In this document: in pieces, positions 47,351-55,869 of the stretch | Layout of the letters: each line of letters starts with the position of its first letter | How positions within the stretch are numbered: the stretch's first letter is position 1 | Source: an uncultured Gammaproteobacteria bacterium | GTDB lineage: Bacteria; Patescibacteriota; Microgenomatia; UBA12405 | Direction of reading: 5' to 3' | Assembly: GCA_964503465.1 (NCBI GenBank) | Contig: CAZCYZ010000004.1 | Location: forward strand, 16,235-80,234 | DNA length: 64,000 bases | Translations under genes and position numbers: made by a program | Notes under the pieces: generated by a model | Seen by the model: the letters and a program-made list of their open reading frames with translations, nothing else | What the model was told of the DNA's origin: nothing | Database searches by the model: none

Positions 47351-49159
47351 ATGAAGAAAAAATTAGCGGTGATGCAAAATTTGGCGGTCAACCTGGGACG
47401 GATGTTAAAACTGGCCTGGGAGACTGACAGGTGGTTGACAGTTGGCTATTATTTGGCGGCAATTATTGGATCATTGATGCCAATAGGAGCAGGAATAGCT
47501 TCAAAATTTTTGATTGATTATTTAATTAAAAACCAGGGACGGATTGGGGAGATATTTGGATTAGCAATGGCGTTGGTAGTAATGCGGCTGTTGTTGCCAT
47601 TGGGAGAAACTTTAAGTTATTGGGTACTTAATGTGTCGTATTTGGACTATCTGTTTAGGTCGAAGTTGCAGAATGAAATTAACTATCGTTTTTATGCCAA
47701 AATGGCCAGTTTAGATGCGGCCTATTTTGAGGATCCAAAAACGCAGAACTTAATCACCAAGACTAAAGACACCAAAACCTGGAGGCTTCCGGATGTAATT
47801 AGAGGCCTATCATATACCACTCGATCAGTGACAATAGCAATTGGAGCAACGGGGGTGTTGATGGGATACGGCTGGTGGGTGCCGGTGGTGGTAATAGCGG
47901 CCTGTATACCAAGATTAATTAGTCAAGCAAAACAGGGTGATGTGCAGTGGTCGATATATGGATCGGGAGCACCGAAGGCGAGAAGGCTGTGGTATTTTGA
48001 GTGGTTGTTGTCGGAACCAGTAGTGCTGAAGGAAGTCAAAATATTTCAGTCGGGGGGATATTTACTTGGAAAGTTGAAACAGACCCAAAGCGACTTATTT
48101 AAAATCTATCGTAAGTCGCTTGATGATTTTGTGGGATTGTGGTTGGTACTACCGTTTATTGAGACAGCGGTGTTGATAATAGTGGCTTATTTAAAGATGG
48201 GCGAGGTGGTGACAGGGGCAATGACGGTGGGCGGATTGGCATTGTTTTTGGAAATGCTATTGTACCTTAAGGGTAATATTGTCGAAATGGCGGCCAACTT
48301 GGGATGGTTGTATGGTAACAACTTGTATGTCAATGATTTTTACAAGGTGATGAAGTTGCCGGATTTAATTAAAGAAAGAGCAAAACCAAAAAAAATCGAA
48401 ACTGACAAACCGCCAAAGATTGAATTCAAAAATGTGGGATTTGGATATCCAGGAAGCAAAAGAAGAGTGCTGGAAAAAATTAACATGGTGATTGAGCCGG
48501 GAAAAAATGTAGCAATGGTGGGAATAAATGGAGCAGGGAAAACAACAATCATTAAACTAATGTGTAGATTTTATGATGTAACCGAGGGGGAAATTTTGAT
48601 TAACGGGATAAATATAAAAGAAATTCGAAAAAGTGATTTGTATAGACTAATGGGAACCCTGTTTCAGGAATTTGCCCATTACCACTTCACAGTAGAAGAG
48701 AATATTGCCATGGGGAATCCAGGAAAGAAAAATAGTCAGAAGATGATAGTGGCGGCGAAACAAGCCGGAGCGGATAAGTTTATTGAGGGCTTGCCAAACA
48801 AATACAAGCAATTGCTGGGGCGAGAATTTGATGACGGTGAGGACATTTCGGGGGGACAGTGGCAAAAACTGGCAATTGCCAGGGCGTTTTATGAGCAGGC
48901 GCCACTGTTGATACTGGACGAGCCAACAAGTGCAATTGACGCTGAAGCAGAATTTGAAATATTTACTAACTTACAGAAGGTGTACAGGGATAAAACATTA
49001 ATACTGGTATCACATCGATTCTCGACGGTAAGGAATGCGGATATGATTTATGTGATTGAAGAAGGAAAGGTTAGCGAGGAAGGAAGTCATTGGGAACTAC
49101 TGGAGAAAAATGGTAAATATGCGTCGATGTTTAAAGCCCAAGCGAAGGGATATGAGTAA
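47351..49159 (+). CDS. ABC transporter, fused permease/ATP-binding protein (exporter type)
   Basis: 6-TM N-domain; Walker A GINGAGKTT; signature ISGGQWQKLAIARA; Walker B LILDEPTSAID. Confidence 0.85.
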   Translation: MKKKLAVMQNLAVNLGRMLKLAWETDRWLTVGYYLAAIIGSLMPIGAGIASKFLIDYLIKNQGRIGEIFGLAMALVVMRLLLPLGETLSYWVLNVSYLDYLFRSKLQNEINYRFYAKMASLDAAYFEDPKTQNLITKTKDTKTWRLPDVIRGLSYTTRSVTIAIGATGVLMGYGWWVPVVVIAACIPRLISQAKQGDVQWSIYGSGAPKARRLWYFEWLLSEPVVLKEVKIFQSGGYLLGKLKQTQSDLFKIYRKSLDDFVGLWLVLPFIETAVLIIVAYLKMGEVVTGAMTVGGLALFLEMLLYLKGNIVEMAANLGWLYGNNLYVNDFYKVMKLPDLIKERAKPKKIETDKPPKIEFKNVGFGYPGSKRRVLEKINMVIEPGKNVAMVGINGAGKTTIIKLMCRFYDVTEGEILINGINIKEIRKSDLYRLMGTLFQEFAHYHFTVEENIAMGNPGKKNSQKMIVAAKQAGADKFIEGLPNKYKQLLGREFDDGEDISGGQWQKLAIARAFYEQAPLLILDEPTSAIDAEAEFEIFTNLQKVYRDKTLILVSHRFSTVRNADMIYVIEEGKVSEEGSHWELLEKNGKYASMFKAQAKGYE

Positions 49160-49445
49160 TCAGTAAGTAACAGTATGCTATACTACAAGATAATATGACC
49201 GAAGCAAAAGTAACCGTAATTATGCCCGGTGGAAACGAGCGGGCGGTGGTGGTGAGTGGAGTATATGGGCTAAAATTAGTTCCGGGAGTCAAAGGTTTTG
49301 GGGTCGTGGGCGTAACCCATGTTCAAGACGGGGATGGATTAGATGAAGTAATAGTGACAGCAGGGATAGGGGCAAGACACGAAGTAAGACGGAGATTTGG
49401 ATGTCCTACAAAGGAAATGGTTGACATTGGGAAAGGAGTTGCGGT

Positions 49446-50585
49446 TCAAGTAGAACACTTAAAATAGGTTCTTACCTTTTTGATGAAATTTTTGGTGGAG
49501 AATTGTTGGGCGTGTTGGATGCAGACAGCGGGATTGATTTTAAGTTTTTGAAGTTTTTGGATAGCAGCGGCACAGGACTCGGGAGTAAGCTCGTTAAATA
49601 GAATTCCGGTTTGACCATCAATAACAGTTTCAGCAATGCCACCGGAGTTGTAACCAACCACCGGACAACCGTAACTTTGGGCTTCGACAGAAACAATACC
49701 AAAATCTTCTTGATCAGAACAAAAGATGTAACTTCTGGCCTGGGAAAAAAGTTGGGTTTTTTGTTCTTGGGTGACTTCACCAACAAATTCAATGGTGGGA
49801 CCGGCGATAGATTTGAGATAAGCAAGAGTACCGGCAAAATCGCGACCAAAAACCTTAAGAGGGAGTTTGAGTTGGTTGCAGGCTTCAATGGCGATATCGT
49901 AGCGTTTGGCGGCAGCAAGACGACCACCGGTGAGGAAAAACCCCTCCGTCCTACGGACAACTCCCCTTGACAGGGAAGGAGTTAATTTAGGAATATCGAC
50001 TGGGGGGTTAATGACAATTGAATCACGATCGTAGAATTTTTTGACACGGGAGGCAGTAGTAGAGGAATTGGCAAGGTATTGATCGACGTTTTGGGAAAAC
50101 TTTTTATCAAGAGGACGGAAGGTGTGATTGAGGATCCAGGAAACAAGAGAAATGACGGGGAAGCGTGATAGGTCACGAGCAGTGGGAAGTCCATAAAGAT
50201 AACGAGGTGGAGTGTGACAGTAACAGATTAGTTTGGCGGTTTGTTTGTTGAGAGCGTTGGGGAAATAGGCACCGGTGGCACTGGAAATTAAAAGATCAAA
50301 ATTGGAAAAATCAAAAAGTTGAAAGGCTAAGGGCGACAGAAGACGAAGAGGAGAAATTAGTTTGTGGGCATAAGGAATAAATCGGAAAAAACTTTGATGA
50401 ACGCGATGGGACCATTTTTTTTCAAGACGTTGTCGATGGGGACCAAAAAACTCTGGGGTATAAAGAGTAGTGTAGATAGGGGCATTGGGAAAAATGTCGG
50501 ACAGAACTTCGAGAACCGATTCGGCGCCACCATATTCTTTGAGATAGTCGTGGATGAGGGCTACTTTGGGTGAATTTGTAGTCAA
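49446..50585 (-). CDS. glycosyltransferase family 4
   Basis: EDFGIVSVEAQSYGCPVVG (EX7E). It contains palindromic element F in frame. Confidence 0.75.
   Translation of the reverse strand: MTTNSPKVALIHDYLKEYGGAESVLEVLSDIFPNAPIYTTLYTPEFFGPHRQRLEKKWSHRVHQSFFRFIPYAHKLISPLRLLSPLAFQLFDFSNFDLLISSATGAYFPNALNKQTAKLICYCHTPPRYLYGLPTARDLSRFPVISLVSWILNHTFRPLDKKFSQNVDQYLANSSTTASRVKKFYDRDSIVINPPVDIPKLTPSLSRGVVRRTEGFFLTGGRLAAAKRYDIAIEACNQLKLPLKVFGRDFAGTLAYLKSIAGPTIEFVGEVTQEQKTQLFSQARSYIFCSDQEDFGIVSVEAQSYGCPVVGYNSGGIAETVIDGQTGILFNELTPESCAAAIQKLQKLKINPAVCIQHAQQFSTKNFIKKVRTYFKCST
49938..49981. repeat. palindromic element copy F (double hairpin, near-identical to A), in frame within the GT4 gene
   Basis: AAACCCCTCCGTCCTACGGACAACTCCCCTTGACAGGGAAGGAG; encodes SLSRGVVRRTEGF on the reverse strand. 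Confidence 0.7.
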
Positions 50586-50603
50586 TTTCGAATGAATTAA
50601 TTC

Positions 50604-51524
50604 TTAAAACAAAGAACCTTGGTTGGTGTCAACTTCTGGTTTGGTTATTAATTTTAAACCGTATTGCTTGTTAAGACGGGAAGAAAGCGATTTAAAGTGA
50701 TATTGGTCAAAAAGAGTAAGTAGACCTTGAACTTGAACATCAGACCAGAGGGAAGACTTTAGGGAAAACTTAAGAGGAATGTTATCGATGAGGGTGGCAA
50801 GTTTTTGGCTAAGATAGGCATTGTCACGATCGCGGGTCAATTTTTCAGCGATGGCAGGTTTGATATCGGCAAGATGAGAATAAATGTTGTCGAGATGGTG
50901 ATACTGGGTAAGAAGATCGGTGGCAACGACTGGACCGATACCGGTGACACCAGGATAATTGTCGGACATGTCCCCCATCAGAGCTTTAAGATCGATAACC
51001 TGGTCGGGGGTAACACCTAGTTTTTCTTTGACTTCGATGGAGCCAAAAGTTTTGGTTTCGGAAAGGCCACGAAGGGGCATAAAAAGTTTGACCCTATCCC
51101 CCACCAACTGCATTAGGTCTTTGTCGCCAGTAATGATGGTGACAGTTAAGTTTTTGTTTTTCTTGAGGCTACGGCGAACCACAGTGGCAATAAGATCATC
51201 GGCCTCGTAACCACCGATGGCAAAACTAGTAATGTTGGCAATTTCGAGGGTTTGAGGAAGGAGAGGAAGTTGGGAAATAAGATTATACTCCGGGGCTTTA
51301 CGTTTGGCGCGGTAACCGATAAATTCGGTTTGACGAAAGGTTGGACCGGGAGAATCAAGACAAACAATAAGGTATTTGGGTTGAAGTTGGTCGAGAGCTG
51401 AAAGGAGCATAGAATAGAAACCGTAAATAGCATTGACCGGTTGACCATTGGTGGTTAGGGGCGGAATAGAGTGATAGGCCCGGTGAAGAACGGCGTGGGC
51501 ATCGATGATAAGCAGATTATTCAT
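50604..51524 (-). CDS. 5'-3' exonuclease (FEN-like, Pol I N-terminal-domain family)
   Basis: MNNLLIIDAHAVLHRAYHSIPPLTTNGQPVNAIYGF matches the 5'-3' exonuclease N-terminus, and H3TH motifs follow. Confidence 0.85.
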   Translation of the reverse strand: MNNLLIIDAHAVLHRAYHSIPPLTTNGQPVNAIYGFYSMLLSALDQLQPKYLIVCLDSPGPTFRQTEFIGYRAKRKAPEYNLISQLPLLPQTLEIANITSFAIGGYEADDLIATVVRRSLKKNKNLTVTIITGDKDLMQLVGDRVKLFMPLRGLSETKTFGSIEVKEKLGVTPDQVIDLKALMGDMSDNYPGVTGIGPVVATDLLTQYHHLDNIYSHLADIKPAIAEKLTRDRDNAYLSQKLATLIDNIPLKFSLKSSLWSDVQVQGLLTLFDQYHFKSLSSRLNKQYGLKLITKPEVDTNQGSLF

Positions 51525-51602
51525 GATTTAAGAAGTATGAAGTATGATTTATGAATAAGAGATTATAACTTAAGTAACTCTATTTACTGGTAAAATTTAA
51601 TA

Positions 51603-52520
51603 ATGGAACAGCATCCGATACCCCAACAGATAAGCTCGTATGAGTTCAAGCTGGTGGGAGAGATGACACTGAAGCAATTCTTGAAAGCGGCAGGAGGAAT
51701 AATACTGGCCTTATTAATTAACTCAACAAAATTAGTATTCTTTGTTAAGTGGCCGTTAATGTTGACTTTTGGAGCGGGTGGGTTGGCGCTGGCTTTTGTC
51801 CCATTTCAGGATAGGCCGCTGGAAACATGGGTAAAAGCTTTTATTAAATCAATATATTCACCAACGATATTTATCTATCATAAAGTGGCACCAAAGAACT
51901 GGTTGGATTTGGATCCGTCAAAAGTGATAGCTTTACCAAAGGAAGAAGAGGAAGAAGAAAAAACGTTACCAATAAAGGAAAAATCGAAGGTAAAGGAATT
52001 TATCGGATCACTACCATCGGTTAAAAGAGAAATACAAAAGGAAGAGATCAATGAACAGCCAACAGTGAACAGTAAGATAAAACCAGAAGAAATGGTCAAC
52101 AAAGACCAAATTGCGGTTGAAACAGTCAAGTCAACAGCAGGGATAGTGGTCGAAGATGAACAAAAAATAGAAAAGGCTGGTTTGGGGTTAAAAACACAAA
52201 AATTGGAGGCAACAGGTGAGGTGAAGTTTGGAAGTATTCCGATGCCCGATATACCGGAAATCCCAAACATCATTGTGGGGATGGTGATGAATACTCAGGG
52301 GAAAATCATTGAAGGAGCAATAATTGAAGTTCAAGATGAAAAAGGAAATCCAACCAGAGTGTTTAAAACAAATTCATTGGGTCAATTTAAAACATCGACA
52401 CCGCTAGCGAGTGGAAGATATTTGGTGGTAGTAGAAAAAGAGGGATTAAGTTTTGACCGAGTGAATATTGACCTTAAGGGAGAAATTGTTCAGCCAATTA
52501 AGGTGACAGCGACAGGATAG
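51603..52520 (+). CDS. PrgI/VirB3-like T4SS membrane protein with C-terminal transthyretin/CarboxypepD_reg-like domain
   Basis: IPQQISSYEFKLVGEMTLKQF followed by two TM helices matches the PrgI family. The C-terminus reads GKIIEGAIIEVQDEKGNPTRVFKTNSLGQFKT...GRYLVVVEKEG. Confidence 0.5.
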   Translation: MEQHPIPQQISSYEFKLVGEMTLKQFLKAAGGIILALLINSTKLVFFVKWPLMLTFGAGGLALAFVPFQDRPLETWVKAFIKSIYSPTIFIYHKVAPKNWLDLDPSKVIALPKEEEEEEKTLPIKEKSKVKEFIGSLPSVKREIQKEEINEQPTVNSKIKPEEMVNKDQIAVETVKSTAGIVVEDEQKIEKAGLGLKTQKLEATGEVKFGSIPMPDIPEIPNIIVGMVMNTQGKIIEGAIIEVQDEKGNPTRVFKTNSLGQFKTSTPLASGRYLVVVEKEGLSFDRVNIDLKGEIVQPIKVTATG

Positions 52521-52539
52521 AATGGGTTATTATTAATCT

Positions 52540-53229
52540 ATGGCGGTTGATCCACTGAAAGTAGCGATTAAGGGAACGACACAAGAACATCTTCCGATTG
52601 AGGATGTGGTGGAAGGGATAGTGATTCTAAAAGATGGATCGTGTGCAATGGTGGTGGCAATTTCGTCGGTAAACTTTGATTTACTGTCAGAGAGGGAACA
52701 ATCGGCTTTAATTTTTGCTTATGGAGGAATTCTTAACTCACTTAACTTCCCGGTTGAGATAGTAATCCGATCGGAGACCAAAGACGTAAGCTCTTACTTG
52801 AAAAGATTGTCTGAAGCCCAAGAAAAACAGACTAATCCCCTACTACGAGACAAAATTGCGTCTTATCGAAAATTTATTGAAGAGGTAGTTAAGAAAAACG
52901 ACGTCTTGGCAAAGAACTTTTACCTGGTAGTACCGTTTTCGATTCTTGAACTGGGAATCAAGAGTGCAACTAAAATGTTGCCAATAGGGAAAAGTGGTGG
53001 AGGGTTGCCGTATTCAAAAGAATATATTTTGGAAAAAGCGAGAGCTAGCCTTGAGCCTAAAAGAGATCATTTGATGAGATTGTTTGCCAGATTGGGACTG
53101 GAAGTGAAACCGTTAACAACAAAAGAGCTAATTGAGTTGTTCTACAAAATTTACAACGAAGAAACAGCAATGAACCAGAAGGTTCAATCACTTAATTATT
53201 CGGCACCAACGGTGACAACCAAGGCGTGA
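52540..53229 (+). CDS. VirB4/TrsE-family ATPase, N-terminal domain fragment (separated from the ATPase body by an in-frame TGA)
   Basis: LPIEDVVEGIVILKDGSCAMVVAISSVNFDLLSEREQSALIFAYGGILNSLNFPVEIVI matches Gram-positive VirB4 N-termini. The downstream ORF is in the same frame. Confidence 0.6.
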   Translation: MAVDPLKVAIKGTTQEHLPIEDVVEGIVILKDGSCAMVVAISSVNFDLLSEREQSALIFAYGGILNSLNFPVEIVIRSETKDVSSYLKRLSEAQEKQTNPLLRDKIASYRKFIEEVVKKNDVLAKNFYLVVPFSILELGIKSATKMLPIGKSGGGLPYSKEYILEKARASLEPKRDHLMRLFARLGLEVKPLTTKELIELFYKIYNEETAMNQKVQSLNYSAPTVTTKA

Positions 53230-53232
53230 TTT

Positions 53233-55845
53233 ATGAACATATTGAGTAAACTAATAAAGAAAAAAGAGGGAAAGGCGGAAGTGAAGCCCGTTGATAACCA
53301 GAGCAGTCAGACAAGCAAACCGTTTGTGGAGGGATTGGTGTCAACCAAAGATATTATTGCACCATCGGCTTTGGAGGTGGATTTTAATCATATTAGAGTA
53401 AACGAAAGATACTACCGAACTATCTTTGTGGCTGGATATCCAAGATTTGTGGGAATAAATTGGTTATCAAACTTAATCAATTTTGACGCCTCGTTGACAA
53501 CAGCGATGTACATTTACCCAACCGACGGCAAAGAAATATTGGATGATTTGCGAAGAAAGATTGCCGAAATGGAGGCAGAAATTAGTACTGATATGCAACG
53601 TGGAAGAGTAGTTAATCCGGCAACATCAGCCAAACTTGAAGACGCATTGAATTTACAGGCTGATTTGGTAAAAGGGGAAGAAAGATTTTTTCAGTTTGGA
53701 CTGTACGTAACCATTGGAACGGACTCAAAAGAGGAAGTAGAAAGGATAACAAAGAACTTGGAGGCGGGGTTGGGGGCGCTAATGATTATTAGCAAAAAAG
53801 CAACATTGCAGATGGAAGAGGGGTTTGTAACAACCCTACCGATATGCAGTGACAGGCTGCAAATAACTAGAAACATGGACACAACCTCGCTGGCAACCAC
53901 TTTTCCCTTTGTATCATCTGATTTATCGGATGATAAGGGAATAATGTATGGAATTAATGAGCATAACGGAAGTCTAGTGATCTTTGACCGATTTTCAATG
54001 CCAAATTACAATTCAGTGGTTTTTGCAACAGCCGGGGCAGGGAAATCGTATTTAATTAAACTTGAAGTATTGCGATCACTAATGCTAGGGACAGAGATAA
54101 TAGTAATTGATCCGGAAAATGAGTATAAGGATCTGTGTGAGGCGGTTGGGGGGCAATATATCGCGTTTGGTTATGGAGAGGCGTCAAAAATTAACCCGTT
54201 TGACTTGTCGCTGGTGGAAGAAGAGGGAGAAAACGCTTTAAACTCAAAAATTTTATCATTGCACAAGTTGTTTAAAATCATGCTGGGAGAAATGGATCCG
54301 ATTGAAGAATCGATACTCGATAAGGCGATAATGGATGCCTACAAGATGAAAGGGATAACTCCGGATCCGGAAAGTCAGAAAAAAGAGCCACCACTAATTG
54401 AGGATTTGTATAAGTCGTTGGTGGGGATGGAAGAGGAAAAGTCAAAAGGATTGGCGGCAAGACTGGAAAAATATATCAAGGGGTCGTTTGCGGGAATTTT
54501 TAACCAAAAAACAACAGTGAATTTGAACAACAAATTTGTGGTTTTTGGAATTAGAAACCTGGAGGATAGTTTGCGGCCGGTAGCAATGCATATAGTACTT
54601 GATCATATTTGGACAGTGGTTAAGAAAGATCTAAAAAGGAGAATTATGGTAGTGGATGAGGCTTGGTACTTGATGCAATATCCTGATTCAGCATCTTTCT
54701 TGAGGGGGATTGTGAAACGAGGGCGAAAATATTATTTGGGAGTGACGACAATTACTCAGGATGTGGATGATTTTCTGGAAACTCCGTTTGGAAAGGAAAT
54801 TGTAACGAATAGTGCGATTCAAATACTACTAAAGCAACACAGCGCAGCAATTGAACAGGTGGGAGAGGTGTTCTATTTGTCGGAAGGTGAGAAGCAATTA
54901 TTGCTGGCGGCCGACAAAGGAGAAGGAATATTCTTTGCTGGCCAGAACCATGTGGCTTTACGAGTGATTGCCTCGGAGGAAGAGCACAAACTGATAACTT
55001 CAAATCCAGAGGAGGTAATGAAGTGGAAAGCTCAAAAGTCGAGCCTGAAAACAGAAGAGTCAACTGTTAAGACTAAAGTGGAAATAAAACAGGCAGAACC
55101 AACAATAAATATTGTTGGTGATCAATCGACTAAACCGATAACAGGGACACAAGCACAGACAAACTTGCCGACAACGACATCAGTACCACCAACGACGGTG
55201 GTATCTCCACCAACGGGATTAATACCGACAACAAAACCGACACTGGAAGAACCGAAGGTGTTGTTTAAAGCGGAAGTAGTTGAAAACGAAACAGAAAAAG
55301 CATTGGGGGAAAAGATTAAACAAATGGAAGAAGAAGAGAAAAAAGAAATTGAGGCACATCAAAAAAAAGTCGAAGAGGAAAAAAAGAAGAAAGAGGAAGA
55401 AGAAAAGAAAAAATTATCAGGAACATTTAATGGATTTGGTGGTTCACCAATGGGAGGATTGCCGAAATACGGCGAGTTGTTTAAATCATCAAGTGCAGGA
55501 AAACTTCCACCGTTGCCACCATTACCACCGTTACCAAAGGTTCCAGCAAACCAGAACTCGCCACTGCCAAAATTTGAACCACCTAAAGCGATGGTGGCTG
55601 ACCCAATTTTAAGTAAACCGGCAATAGGTAAACCAATTTTTGTAAACCAGCCAGAACCAAAAATTCCTCAACCGCCACAATTTGCCAAAATCAAAAATCA
55701 AAATTCAAATACCCGCCTGTCGGACGGGCAGGTCAAAAATGAACAACAGGGAAGTCAAACCCAAAGTGATCAAAATAAAAAAAACTTAAGTTATGAGGAG
55801 CTGTTTGGTCCACCGGCTGGCGGAGGAGATAAGGGACAAAAATAG
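53233..55845 (+). CDS. VirB4/TrsE/CagE-family T4SS ATPase body with long Pro/Lys/Glu-rich C-terminal extension
   Basis: Walker A FATAGAGKSYLIK and the Walker B/VirB4 motif IMVVDEAWYLM. The C-terminal approximately 300 aa are low complexity (PPLPPLPPLP). Confidence 0.8.
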   Translation: MNILSKLIKKKEGKAEVKPVDNQSSQTSKPFVEGLVSTKDIIAPSALEVDFNHIRVNERYYRTIFVAGYPRFVGINWLSNLINFDASLTTAMYIYPTDGKEILDDLRRKIAEMEAEISTDMQRGRVVNPATSAKLEDALNLQADLVKGEERFFQFGLYVTIGTDSKEEVERITKNLEAGLGALMIISKKATLQMEEGFVTTLPICSDRLQITRNMDTTSLATTFPFVSSDLSDDKGIMYGINEHNGSLVIFDRFSMPNYNSVVFATAGAGKSYLIKLEVLRSLMLGTEIIVIDPENEYKDLCEAVGGQYIAFGYGEASKINPFDLSLVEEEGENALNSKILSLHKLFKIMLGEMDPIEESILDKAIMDAYKMKGITPDPESQKKEPPLIEDLYKSLVGMEEEKSKGLAARLEKYIKGSFAGIFNQKTTVNLNNKFVVFGIRNLEDSLRPVAMHIVLDHIWTVVKKDLKRRIMVVDEAWYLMQYPDSASFLRGIVKRGRKYYLGVTTITQDVDDFLETPFGKEIVTNSAIQILLKQHSAAIEQVGEVFYLSEGEKQLLLAADKGEGIFFAGQNHVALRVIASEEEHKLITSNPEEVMKWKAQKSSLKTEESTVKTKVEIKQAEPTINIVGDQSTKPITGTQAQTNLPTTTSVPPTTVVSPPTGLIPTTKPTLEEPKVLFKAEVVENETEKALGEKIKQMEEEEKKEIEAHQKKVEEEKKKKEEEEKKKLSGTFNGFGGSPMGGLPKYGELFKSSSAGKLPPLPPLPPLPKVPANQNSPLPKFEPPKAMVADPILSKPAIGKPIFVNQPEPKIPQPPQFAKIKNQNSNTRLSDGQVKNEQQGSQTQSDQNKKNLSYEELFGPPAGGGDKGQK

Positions 55846-55869
55846 AAACAGAATTGAGTATAATCAGAT

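Noticed and set aside
53227-53229. UGA recoding (Gly, code 25) or selenocysteine at the in-frame TGA in VirB4
   Set aside because: TGA terminates several genes in the window (for example dinB at 2234-2236 and the VirB4 N-fragment at 53227-53229). No SECIS-like hairpin is evident immediately downstream. It is reported instead as a possible pseudogene, assembly error or readthrough.
55280-55612. K/R-rich 110-aa + strand ORF
   Set aside because: It is an alternative-frame artefact of the homopurine tract inside the VirB4 C-terminal extension.
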